Part shown: piece after piece, positions 39,051 to 50,799 of the stretch | Position numbering within the stretch: position 1 is the stretch's first letter | How the letters are laid out: each line of letters opens with the position of its first letter | Assembly (NCBI RefSeq): GCF_016432865.1 | Contig: NC_067399.1 | Location: 89,900,001-89,964,000 of the forward strand | Length of the DNA: 64,000 bases | Direction of reading: 5' to 3' | Origin: Antechinus flavipes | Taxonomy: Eukaryota | Made by a program: the position numbers and the translations under genes | Notes under the pieces: generated by a model | Seen by the model: only the letters and a program-made list of their open reading frames with translations | Databases searched by the model: none | Told to the model about the DNA's origin: nothing

Positions 39051-39440
39051 AGTATGAATTAGAGGAGAATAAATGTGGATGAAGACTTTTTTTTGCAACA
39101 ATACCTAACTGGGCTTTTCAGAGAGGACAACTGATAGACAAAAGGTCGGCGGAAATTGGAGTAACTTTTGGAGGCCCTTGTAGCTCCTGTCAATAAGAGT
39201 TAGCTCCATAATGGAGGAACTGGCCCCCTTTTTTTGTACGAGATAGATCAATTGTTCATAGAAGGAAAAAAGTCATAAAAATTGGGCAATTTTTTTTTTG
39301 TTGTTGTTGTTGTTGTCCTTGTCTTAAAAATGATGGCTTTCTCTGGTGAATAAGACCAAGTGTATTTGGCTTCTGCTTTTGTGAATTGTAGACCTGGTCA
39401 TTACTGAGACTAGGGTGAAGCAGTGACATTCCATGCCATC

Positions 39441-39482
39441 CTCCCCCCCAACCCTCCCCAACATCCCCCCATCCCACCCCCA
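39441..39482 (-). other. G-quadruplex (minus strand) / i-motif (plus strand) forming tract
   Basis: Six C-runs of 3-7 nt with 1-5 nt loops. Confidence 0.6.
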
Positions 39483-40899
39483 ACAAATAGCTTCTTGAGC
39501 TATACAAATGTCAGGTCTCTGTTTTAAAAATTTAGCTTTGTTTACCCAACAGAATGGAATTCATTACTGCATAAAAGTGGTNNNNNNNNNNNNNNNNNNN
39601 NNNNNNNNNNNNNNNNNNNNNNNNNNNNNNNNNNNNNNNNNNNNNNNNNNNNNNNNNNNNNNNNNNNNNNNNNNNNNNNNNNNNNNNNNNNNNNNNNNNN
39701 NNNNNNNNNNNNNNNNNNNNNNNNNNNNNNNNNNNNNNNNNNNNNNNNNNNNNATTAGATAAATGAATGTAGAAAAATGACTTTAAAAGCCATTGTGAAC
39801 AGGGATTTTTTTTCCTTGAAGACTGTTAATTTTAGCCCCTGATCTGTAAAGGTCAATTTCTAATTCTTTTCACTGTGCAGTTTATATAACTTCTGCATTT
39901 CAAGTCTATAAAAAGCTTTTGCAGACTTTTCATACAATAAGTAGCAATTTCTTTCATTATTGCTTGAATTTTTTTTATGTAATTCCTACAGACATTTTGA
40001 TGAAATTATCAGGCTTAAAAGCCGTTAGAGCCTTTCATTTGGGTGTGTGTGTGTGTTTTTCTCCTTGATCCATTCTCTCTGGATAATTAAAATTAGCAAG
40101 ATTAATCAGTTCAGTGATTTAAAAGGCCACACTTTAGTTAGAACAAGGTCTAAAACAAAACCATTTTATTTTCATATTGGTATATGTCTTAAAAAGTCTT
40201 TTCAACTAGTTATCTAAAGCCGATATTTAACTGTTACTTAGTCTCCTAATTTCTGTCTTTTGTTAGCAGAGCTTTCCTGCCCAAATCTCCTCATTCTGTC
40301 CCGTGCTAATTGCATCTTACATTATATAACTTGCTTTGTAAAGAAAACTCTAACTCCAAGCCTTGAAAGTTGCGTGTTTCTATTTGCTCAAACTTGATGC
40401 ACTTGTCTGGAGAGGGTCATTGCAAGGAAAGCTGTGTAGGCTGTAAGAATGTCCCGGATAACAAGCTTAAACAGAACCTTTTGTTGTTACTAGTATTCTC
40501 AGGCCTCCAAAATGAGGCCTTCTTTTGCTAACCGAGAGCTGAAGTGGTTCATTACTGCTGTTTCCTCCTCTAGGCCAGGGCCCGGCTNNNNNNNNNNNNN
40601 NNNNNNNNNNNNNNNNNNNNNNNNNNNNNNNNNNNNNNNNNNNNNNNNNNNNNNNNNNNNNNNNNNNNNNNNNNNNNNNNNNNNNNNNNNNNNNNNNNNN
40701 NNNNNNNNNNNNNNNNNNNNNNNNNNNNNNNNNNNCCCAACAATGGGCCCAGCCTAGCAAGTGACATTCTGNNNNNNNNNNNNNNNNNNNNNNNNNNNNN
40801 NNNNNNNNNNNNNNNNNNNNNNNNNNNNNNNNNNNNNNNNNNNNNNNNNNNNNNNNNNNNNNNNNNNNNNNNNNNNNNNNNNNNNNNNNNNNNNNNNNN

Positions 40900-42330
40900 N
40901 NNNTAGCCGAGCGGGCCCCGGCAGATCGGCATTCCCCACGGTTCCGCCCCGGAGAAGAGGGGAGCCGCTTCGGCGGATGGGGGGATTGTTAACACTTCAG
41001 AATTCATTTTCTACAATGGCGCCCCTGCCCAGAGAGCTCTGGGAATTACAGTGGACAATAGGGACGCATTCTTAGGAGGGGCTAATGATGGAAAGAAAAA
41101 AAAAAGAAAAATATTTATTGCTTTTGACAGTTCCACAAGGGGCAAAAATCCTTGTCGTGGCTAAAGTTTCCACAGCTGTTGGGGGAAGGTGGCTTCGGGG
41201 GAGTGGGGGTGGGGGACTCGAGCAGCCTCTGACTTCTTTGTTAGGAGTCTGAGTGCCCAGGGCCAAGCTGTGAAATTAGAGATTAAGTTCATTAAGGTAA
41301 GGGAATTGTGTGTGGGGGCATTGTTGTTGATACAGGTGGAGTTCGGGGGCCTGGCTCCCGCGAGCCTATTTACATGTAGGCGTCGCCCCATTAAATGAGC
41401 TTAACGTGCACCACAAGTTAAAGATGTTTATTATTTGCACGAGGGATGACCGACGATTTCCTTGGGACGTTATACTTACCAACCCCCCACCCCGAGGGTG
41501 GGCCAGGGCTCCCCGCCGGGGAGCAGGTGGGAGTGAAGACAAGTGCCATATAGATAGTAAGAAGACCATCCCCCGTCGTCTCCCCCAGCAGCCTGGAGGA
41601 GGGAAGGAGGGAGAAAACGAGGGAGGAAAGGCTCATCTTCCCCTTCTCTTTTATTGCCCACCCACCCACCACCAAAGCTGTTACCTCTCCCGGCTTGGGG
41701 AGGGCTGCAGGAGGAAGGCTGGCCAATGCCCTCTGATTATTGGCCTGTCCGTAATGGGAGCGTGTGTGTCTGTGTGTGTGTGTGTGCGTGCGTGCCCAGC
41801 AACCAGGGCCCCTGCGACAGGTTGGCTGCCCCCTGTAAAGACAGCAGGGCCCTTGGCTTGAAGTACGGCCTGGTGAAGAGAATTTCAGAGCCAAGGTGGT
41901 TCCTCGTGACTCTGTCCTTCCCGGGAGCCCCAAACCACTGCCTCCTTGGAAATCTGGCCTGCCTACCTTTGATTTCTTTAAAAGAATAATAATGATCATA
42001 ATAATGTAAAGTTTTCCGCCTCCCACACATGCCTCTGTTCTGTACTGTGTGTTTTTGTTTGCAAGTCGAAATGTCTCCCCATCTGTCACAAGTGTTTGAT
42101 AAGAAGATTTCCGCCTCTCTCCAATAGCCAAAAAGTGCGAGAGAAGTTTCTAAGGCGGTTTGCATGCTTGATACACATTAGTATATCCCCCAGAACTTTG
42201 CATCCTGCTCGGTTTGTCCATTTTATTTTATTTTTTCTGGGGGTGAGAGAGTTGCTGGGGTAGGGTAGAAGATCCATCTCTCTTGTGTCTTGAGTTTAGG
42301 ATGCTGATGGTTGCGCCGACATCTACCCGT
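40900..42330. promoter_or_regulatory. Extended CpG/GC-rich promoter-like region
   Basis: Many CpGs, G-runs at 41182-41214, inverted CCAAT pair ggccaat (41721) and attggcc (41739), and a GT/GC alternating tract at 41760-41795. Confidence 0.6.
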
Positions 42331-44479
42331 TCAGTATGCAAAAAAAAAAAAAAAAAATCCAGTCCCTTCACAGGTCCCTCGGGTTCTCACTGGGTAGGCT
42401 TTGAGGAAAGATTTCTGTGTTTACTTTTGATGGAGTCAATAATCCATCATCTCAGCTGCTTCCACTTATTTTTTTTTTTTTTCTTTCTGATGGTTAGCTC
42501 AGGACTGCAATAAAGGTGAGAAATATGCTTGGCGTTAGATAGCCGGAGAATCAGAACACCTCCCCCCTCTAATTTGCATGATAGGATTCCATGTGGAGCA
42601 GAAATTCACCTGCTCTCCTTACCTCTCCCTCCCTCAAGCCACCCGTCCAAGGAAAATAAATAGCTTGGTAATGATTTAGGTAAACGGAATTATTTTTTAA
42701 ACAGCTGATCCCTCTGAGGCATTTTGAGAAGACACTTTGGGATTTAGAGTTGATGTTGGTGTGTAAGAAACAGTTTTAATTTTAGATTGTGAAAGAATCT
42801 GTTACTTGGTAAAATGTCCAGAATGTAAATGCAAAGTTGTTTCTCCTTCAGATATTATAATAATGGTGTAGTTCTCCCCCTACCCTTTTTGAGAATGAAT
42901 TATTTATACAAGAGTTTTAGTCTCTTTTAGCCCCAGATCATTCTTGTGCATCCCAGTGTAATGGCAAAATGAATTGAAATGATCATGGAAGTATCTCGGG
43001 CCTTCACTTATTTTAACAGACTAATTAGTAAAAGTTCTTATGTATATTTTCTGTAAAAATGTGCTTGTAGTCTTTAGCAGCATTTAAAATGATTCTGAAG
43101 TGACCCAGTGACATTTATCAGACTCCTCAATGGGTTTTGGTGGCTGTCTGGATTTCTTTTTATTCATAAAATAAAAAATATTCTTTGTTTTGGAAACTTC
43201 TATATATGAGATCTGTGAAGTTGATTTTTTTTGAAGTTATGAGAGCTAGAAGACAAGAGTCTGAGAAGTTAAATGAGATATGAGGAACTCTCAAATTATT
43301 AAATGAGATATCCAGCCAGAGTGACTAATGAGGAGATGAACATTTACATTTTCATTTAAAGAACAATGAAGTCAACGAGGGGGGGAGGGAGAGAAAAGAG
43401 AGAGACAGAGACAGAGTTTCCTAAACTGTCACTTTGTGATGTCTCCCGAAGCATAAAGGCCAATGAGATAAAAACAAGAATTTCATATTGCTTTTTGTCC
43501 TGTGTTATACTGGATAATATTAGCTCACAAATCCACCATCACTTGTAGGTTCTACAGCTAAGTAAACATTTCTAAAAAACTTCATGCTTGATCTTGTGAT
43601 GGGTATGTACGTGTAAATATCTTTCCATAGAGCTATGGCAAAAAGGCACATTAGCAGAAAACAAAAATTATTATATCAGCAACGAGGAGAGAAAATACTT
43701 TTACTTCATTCTAACCAAGAATAGTCATATTGACTTGTGAATTCCCAGCTGGAAAAAGTTATAGTTTCAGACCTTTTGAATTTGGATTTTAAAACCTTAA
43801 ATCTTCCTTCCTTCCTTCCTTTCTTTTTCTTTCTTTCTCTCCCTCTCTTTCTCTTTGTTTCTTTCATTACCTCATTAATAAAAGAAGGAGTTTTTCATTT
43901 TAGCCAAATTTTTAAAAGTCTGATGTTTTCAGCAATATTGCATTGAATTTAGGGCAATGAGTAAAGTTGGTGAAAGGTAACTAAAATGAGACTTGTCTGA
44001 CTTCTTGCTTTCCTGAAACAATGCTCTGATGGGAAAACATTCCAAGTGTCAATCCTGGTTTTATTTCACTTCAGAGCCCAAACCATTTTAAGGACATTTT
44101 TCTGTCAATACCTCGATATTATTTAGGATGGTAATCAAGAACTGCCAGACAGGATTCTGGGTAACTTTTGGTGAAAACATCTTCTCTCTAGGGCATCCTT
44201 TATGTTACAAATATTTCCACTTGTCTGCACAAATATTGTTGGTAATTCTGCTGGGTCTATTTTTAAAAATCAGAACTTCCTGTTCTCATATTAGTGATAG
44301 TTGAAAGTTTTTTTTTTATGGTTTTGCACCTTACAAATGAATCTCATTTTAAGTACATTAATACATTATGGTAAACATTAGGAAAAAAACATTAGATTAC
44401 TTTCTTGGCCTCTGCAGTCTGCTGTTTAATTGTAATCTCTCCCAGCTGGGAATTCACAAGTCAAGTCTTTGTGAGTAAG

Positions 44480-44620
44480 TTATTTAACAATGATATTCAT
44501 TCAATAAATATTTACTGAGCACCAATTAGGCAAACGGCACTGTGGTGGCAACTGAAGGCGATATAAAATTGTATAAGACATAGTCCTGGTAAGGACCCTA
44601 CAATACTCTAGCAGAGATAA
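44480..44620 (-). mobile_element. L2 3' tail; first recognisable transposon after the repeat-free block
   Basis: cattcaataaatatttactgagcacc...aagacatagtcctgg. Confidence 0.7.
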
Positions 44621-46369
44621 GATACACATGAAATATATACATCAAAAACTTTAGGACACAATTGCTAATTTCAGTATTAAATGCTGATTACAAAAACATA
44701 ATTTCAGCTTTCTAAAATATTAACAAGTGTTGCTGAAGATCTTTCCACCTGTAACATCATTGACAATGTATTTGGACAAAATATTTTGAGCAGTAGCTTT
44801 TCCCTGCTTTTCATGGAGTGATTTTGTTGTATCCCCATAGTTAAGTTTTAAAGTTTCTTAAACTTGCCTTCACACATACTTGAGTCACCTCAGCTTTAAT
44901 GGAACCTAGCCACACATGAGTGCATTCAGATATTTTTGTTGAATTTTCTGTGAGTCTTTTCATGTTCTTTGGCTGTTTAAATCGAATCATGATAACCTAA
45001 TGGATGTAAGATTACTGTGGCATTTAAGAATGTTTCCTGTTGGACTTTTATGATACTGAAATGTCAATTCTAGTACCACTTAGATGCAAGATTATAAAAC
45101 CAAGATTAGAACCATGTAGCTAAAATGCATTTCAAAATGTTTTAATGATTCAAATGACTGAGTAATTAAGATTTATAATTTTTTGAAATTCTGTCTTTTA
45201 AAATAACAAACACTTTTCCTTCAAAATAAGTTCTTATTTAAATAGTCATAGAGGACTACAGCAGGCTTACTTCTTTATGTGGGAGATGGAAATGGAGCCT
45301 AAATTTGTCTAAAATTAGGAGGAAAAATATTCAACAAATTTACGCTGAGTATTTTGTAGGTAAGAGAATGAGCACTTGCTTGAGCTGAAGACTAGTAGTT
45401 TCATTACCCCCTCTCAAAAAAGGAATATTTAGTACAATTCCTGTAGCACTAGAGGAAGTGACTGTTGTATGTGTGAGTTGTTGGGAAGTAATTTCTTGCA
45501 TTGGAAGGTGGTACCCAGAACCTTAAGAGCCTAAAATTTGATGAATGCTATTTTTAGCTTTAAATGTTTTGAAAATTGCACTTGGCTGCCATTTCGGATT
45601 CACAGATATTGTCTGGGGAAAAATAATTACAATTTACCATCATCCTAGAACATAATACATGTAATGTTAATATATGAATGTATTATATAATGTATTAAAT
45701 AACACAGTTAATACATGAAATGTGTCACAGTGTTGAGTGTTTCTAAAATAAAAAAAAAAACATTGTGGTCCTTACAGCTAATTAAAATTTTCATCCATTC
45801 TCATTTTCTGTGGTAGTGTTACTGAGAATTGTGTTTTTACTGTAATTACTTTGTTTTCTAATGTTAAATAACTATCCTTGTAACTAGTCCTTCTGTGCAT
45901 TGTTGTTAAACTAACGAAAAGGATGCAGAAAGATTTTCAGAGTCGTCCATTATTTGGAATGCTTATTCAAAGGAGAAGAGAGGGTATAATCGATAGTCAC
46001 CTAAAGTTTCTCTGTTATTCCTTCCCAAGTTGTCCTCCATGCCTGACATTCCTTTAACAGAGAACAAAATCTTCCATTCTACATGGAAAGTCAAGGTTAA
46101 TAAGACAGATGCCCTTGGGAGAAGGAACATGATAATTTATGTGAAAAAAGGGGAAAATCATCAAAATTAAAATGACTGATTTCAGTGATTATTCTGGAAG
46201 TGATATTTTGATGGGAAACAAAATGACAGCTAGAGGAATGAGTATGGAGAAAGAAAAAAGGGTGAAAAAAAGAGTGTAGAACTAGGGAAGACAAAGTCAC
46301 TAAAAGCTTGATTTTTACTTGTACTTTAGGATCTTGGGGTTCAGACTTGTACTTGGAACTTTTATTTAA

Positions 46370-47060
46370 GAAGCTATATGGAAAGAATTCTAGATTCATA
46401 GCCAGATGATCATAGTCAAATCTTGGTTATACTGCTTGTTCTTTATGTGACTTTCAGCTAATCACTTTACATTTCTGGGTCTCAGTTTCCTCATCTGAAA
46501 AATGGAAAGATTAGATTATCTTTAAGTCACTTTCAATTCTAAAACCCTCTATTTTTAATCTCTTCTCATTATTCCTACTATTTTGGGAGGAATCCAAAGA
46601 GGATTCAGAGAGGACACTGTAGCTGACTAACCAGTGTTGGTAGACTCAAATAATATGACAGTTTGTGAGCCCATCCATGTATATATTCTCTTCTGTGGTG
46701 TCCATTGCAATTTATTCATGCTTGCTTATTCTAAGCTACTCCCGTCTATGTCATCCTATTAATTCACCATAGCAGGGACAGAGGAGGTTACTCAGTGTTC
46801 TAGGGATATTCCTTGGGTTTTTTCCCTGACCTATTGAGTGGAGCAGTGAAGCACAACAGGTCATCATTAATTGTTGAGGGAAGGCGTGGTTCAGGGCAAA
46901 GTCTTAGATCTGGAGTTTGTGACCCTAATTTCTAGTCTTAGCTATGCTGCTCATTACTGAGATGATTTTGGCAAATCACTGAATCTCTCTGAGATTCCAT
47001 TTCCTCATTTGTAAAGTGAAGGTTAGGACTAAGATAGCTTCTGGCTCTAAATCCATGATC
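46370..47060 (+). mobile_element. Two MIR SINEs (46370-46560 and 46880-47060)
   Basis: ctcagtttcctcatctgaaaaatgg and ttccatttcctcatttgtaaagtg cores. Confidence 0.75.
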
Positions 47061-47749
47061 CTAGGGCATAATCTCACTAGGCATAATCTCACTAGTGTCA
47101 TATGACCAATCATCACATTTTTCACTCACATATTTCTTTGGTAGTGACTTTTATCCTAGTTCTTCATAATTCCTTGTTTCTAATGCTCTACAGACTATTC
47201 ACCCTCACCATGTGACTCTCTGTAGCCTTCTGGATTTTATGCATTGTCAAATCTTTGGGGACCATAATGTTCTAAGACTCTCAACCACATAAATATGGCA
47301 GATGAAGATAAGAAAAATGGACAAATCCTAGGAGAATGCAGACTCCCCGAGATTTCCTCTACCTAGGAAAAGAGATCAACCTGCAGGTTTTGGGATGCAT
47401 GGATGTTATGTACAACTGTGATTTCTGTTCTTCTTCTTGCATGGATATTAAATGTACAATTGTGATTTCTGTTCTTCTTTTTGCTTGAAATTATTGCCAG
47501 AGCTGTAGAATATACACATGTGTTTTTAATGTCTAAAATGACTATTAATTGGAGACAATCATCTTAGGTTAGCCATAAATCTTGCTTGCATTGCCCAGCC
47601 TTTACCCTTCTATATATATGACATCATAATTCACTAAAGTATTACAATCTTAATTTATTTTAGTTTCTCCTAATTCCTACTTATTAAATTAATACTTGTT
47701 TACATAATAAACTTGGTTAGAACACTCTGAATATTTGTAGAAGCAATGT

Positions 47750-48060
47750 GGCTTATACACATACATAGTATAGGTATATGTATCTATGTATATATATCAT
47801 ATACATAGTTATACATATAAATATATATTCATATAATATATTCTAAGATATGATTCATATTACAAATTATACAATACATATATAAATACATAATAATACC
47901 TATAACACATATAAATGTGCATATATATATTGTGTGTGTTGTGTTACACATAATATATATCTGTATACTAATGTTTTGTGTATAAATTAGTACAGGTCTA
48001 ATAACATTTATATTAACCACATCCAAGTTTGAAATTGTATAATACATATTATATAGTTAT
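47750..48060. repeat. AT-rich decayed (TA)n low-complexity tract
   Basis: Directly visible. Confidence 0.9.
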
Positions 48061-48419
48061 GTGATAAATGGAAAGGCAGTGAAAGAGAGAGAAACATACA
48101 GATAGACATCCAACTTCACAACTAGGTAGGGAAGATGGATAGCTATCTCCAATCCTCTTTATGCTGTATTACAGACTTTTTCTATCATGTCAGAAAAATC
48201 TCTTTATTCTGGAAGTTCACTTCACCCCTAAATCTCACACATTGGAAGTATCATCTCTCCTGTAGGCTTGTCCTCTAATTGTCTGATTTTTTCCTCCAGA
48301 ACCTTCATTTTAATAAGGACTCTCAAACCATTGGTGTCTTCATGAATCTTTAGAATGAAATGCTGACACTTCGTACTGTCACTTCCCTCCTCCTTTTTCA
48401 ACTTCATTATGTCATCTTT

Positions 48420-48760
48420 CTCACCTAGAAGAAAGGGATGCTTTTTATTTTTATCTGAATTTATATTCCCAGTACTTAGCATAATTCCTGGCACATGGTC
48501 AATGCTAAATAAATGTTTATTGGCTTGATGATTTTATTCAGGAGCAAAGGGAAGATGGATGACCCAGTCCCCTAATATCTAATGGCCAGCCTTTATTGTT
48601 TCTTGAAACTCAACTATGGGAACTTTCTTATTAGAGTGTAAGTCCCATAAGGGCAAGAACTATCCTTGTATTATTTATCTTTGTATCTCTTCCCCGAGTA
48701 CTTACCACAATGCTGTGCATGTAGTAGACATCTTAATAATTGTTTTCTGAACTTAATTGA
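48420..48760 (+). mobile_element. Two L2 3' tails
   Basis: cccagtacttagcataattcctggcacatgg...aataaatgtttatt, and gagtgtaagtcccataagggcaagaac...catgtagtagacatcttaataa. Confidence 0.75.
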
Positions 48761-48769
48761 ATCCTCTTT

Positions 48770-49585
48770 TTTGGCTTTTAATTAATTACCCTTTTAAAAT
48801 AATTATCTAAATTTCTAAAGCTCTTTTGTTCTTATATCACCTTCTGAATATATCCATCCTTCTTGTCTCCCTTCCCCAGCAAACCATCCCTTGTGACAAA
48901 GAATAAAAAAGAAAAGAAAAGAAAAGTGGGGGAAAAGCACTTCAGTTAAGCTCATTAACATATCAGCCAAGTCTTATAATGTGTTTATTACCATGCCTAT
49001 TCTTTTCTCAGTCTTGCAGTGAGAGATTTTCTTCTCTTTATGGCCAAGTTTCATCACTATAATTATGTGATATTCAGTTTTAATTTTTTTTGTTTCTTTC
49101 CCTTTACATTGTTGTCATTATATTGCTTTACTGGTTCTGCTTGTTCATTCTGCATCACTTCATATAAGAGTTCAGATTCTCTGAATCCTTCTTATTCATC
49201 ATTTTGTATTCCATAGTAAAAATTCATTATTTTTATGCACAATAGTTGTTTAGCCGTTCCTTAGGCTATGAGCATTTACTTTGTTTTCAATTCTTTGTTG
49301 TCACAAATATGTTTGTATACATGAGACCTTTCTTTAATCTTGAATTTCCTTAGTGATATACTTGACAGAGGGATCTGAGTCAAAAAATACAACCAATTTA
49401 GTCACTTTAAAAAAGTATAATTACAATTTACTTTTCAGAATGGTTAGACCAATTCACCATAAGCAATTTATTGGTGTGACTAGACCATTGCTAACTATTT
49501 CCATCTTTAATCACATTTTTAAATTTGCAGGATATGAATTGAATCTCAAAATTGCCTTCATTTGCATTTATCTTATTATTAATTT
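48770..49585 (-). mobile_element. Old marsupial L1: 3' UTR and ORF2 C-terminus
   Basis: Typical reverse L1 3' sequence, e.g. gggcatttactttgttttcaattcttt and atttgcatttatc. Confidence 0.75.
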
Positions 49586-49589
49586 GACA

Positions 49590-50790
49590 ATTAAGAGATC
49601 ATTGATAACTTTGGGAGAACAAGAATGATAAAGTCATAAACCAGATTATAGATAGATTAGAAAATGAGAAGAAAGACAATGCAGGCATTTATCATGGATA
49701 GTTTTCTCAAGTAGTGTAGACACAAAAGAAAGGAGAGAGATGGGATGATAGTGAGGATGGATGGATTTTTTGAGAATGGGCCAGATACTGCCATATTTGG
49801 AATACTGGCAGTAGGGAAACTGCCAGTACACAGGGAGAGATTAACTTTAAGTGAGAGAGTAGTGATGGTAGAAGGAACAAACTGTTGAAGAAGACAAGAT
49901 GAAATGGGATCACTTGTTAAATATTGTTAAGGAGAAGGCTATCTTTTCAAATGAAGTAGAGATAAAGGAGAGGATAACAGCAGCAGGTATGTGATAAGAG
50001 AGAAGAAAAGGATGCTCTCAGTAAATGAAAAGCAAGATTCCCAGTGGGAAGAAGAGGGAAACAAGGCATATGGCTCAAGGAGGGATGCTATAGGCTTGGA
50101 AGTACACTTTAACGAGTGAGACAGTGATATAAGGTGGTATAAAAGAATTAACTTGCCAAAATGAAAGCCCATTTAAAATTATAAAATGTAAACTTATAGT
50201 GGATACAGTGAGTGTGATTTCATTGTTTTCTTTAGCATTGTTCAGTAGTGCATGAGTAGGAGACAATAAATGATGTGAGTAATCTATGACTAAGGCTTAA
50301 CAGGACAGGATTGGGGAAAAGGGACTCAAGAGATGGATACAGTGTTAAATTGAATTAGTTCCCCAAAGATACAAAATGGGCAAAAGAGGCTATAGTTAGT
50401 GCTTGCTTGGGAAAGAACTCAAAGATCGAAGTATTAGAGGTCAAAATATGGGACAAAGAACAGGGTTTGGGGGTGAAATGCAGAAGGAGAGGTGGGATAA
50501 TATCATATTGTGATCAAATGAAATTTCAGAATTTATAAACATGGAAGGAGAACATGGGTAGGTGATGGCAAGGTCAAAAGATACCCCTATATCTTTGTGC
50601 TTGAGGTGAGAGCAGGTCAGGTGAAAGACTAACTGGATGAATTATAAGGTTAGGGCATTTGACAGATTATCAACCTGTATATTGAATTCCCCTAGAATAA
50701 AAACAGAGATTGGAGTGGGGAAAAAGACTGTGAATCCAACATTAAACTCATTGAGAATAGTACAGGAATGTCCTAAAGATGCTAGCTACT
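49590..50790 (-). mobile_element. L2 internal (ORF2) fragment lacking its 3' tail
   Basis: gagagagatgggatgatag...ggcagtagggaaactgccagtacacagggagagatt...gaagacaagatgaaatgggatcacttg is typical reverse L2 body. Confidence 0.75.
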
Positions 50791-50799
50791 AGAATTTTA

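Larger units (their letters stand above)
38138..40903. other. Cluster of four N-runs: 38138-38277, 39582-39753, 40588-40735, 40772-40903
   Basis: Directly visible; lengths 140, 172, 148 and 132 nt, with a 36-nt island between the last two. Confidence 0.99.

Noticed and set aside
5784-40903. N-runs as deliberately masked coding exons
   Set aside because: No run has both canonical splice dinucleotides at its borders on either strand.
5743-41075. All ORFs containing X runs
   Set aside because: They exist only because N-runs contain no stop codons.
41406-42165. Overlapping ORFs up to 237 aa
   Set aside because: Stop-poor GC-rich DNA and GT repeats give ORFs in several frames on both strands; no recognisable protein.
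48228-48494. 88-aa minus ORF with coiled-coil-like LEEKIRQLEDK, possibly a LINE ORF1 relic
   Set aside because: Resemblance is limited to a generic heptad, and the start of the ORF is an L2 tail.
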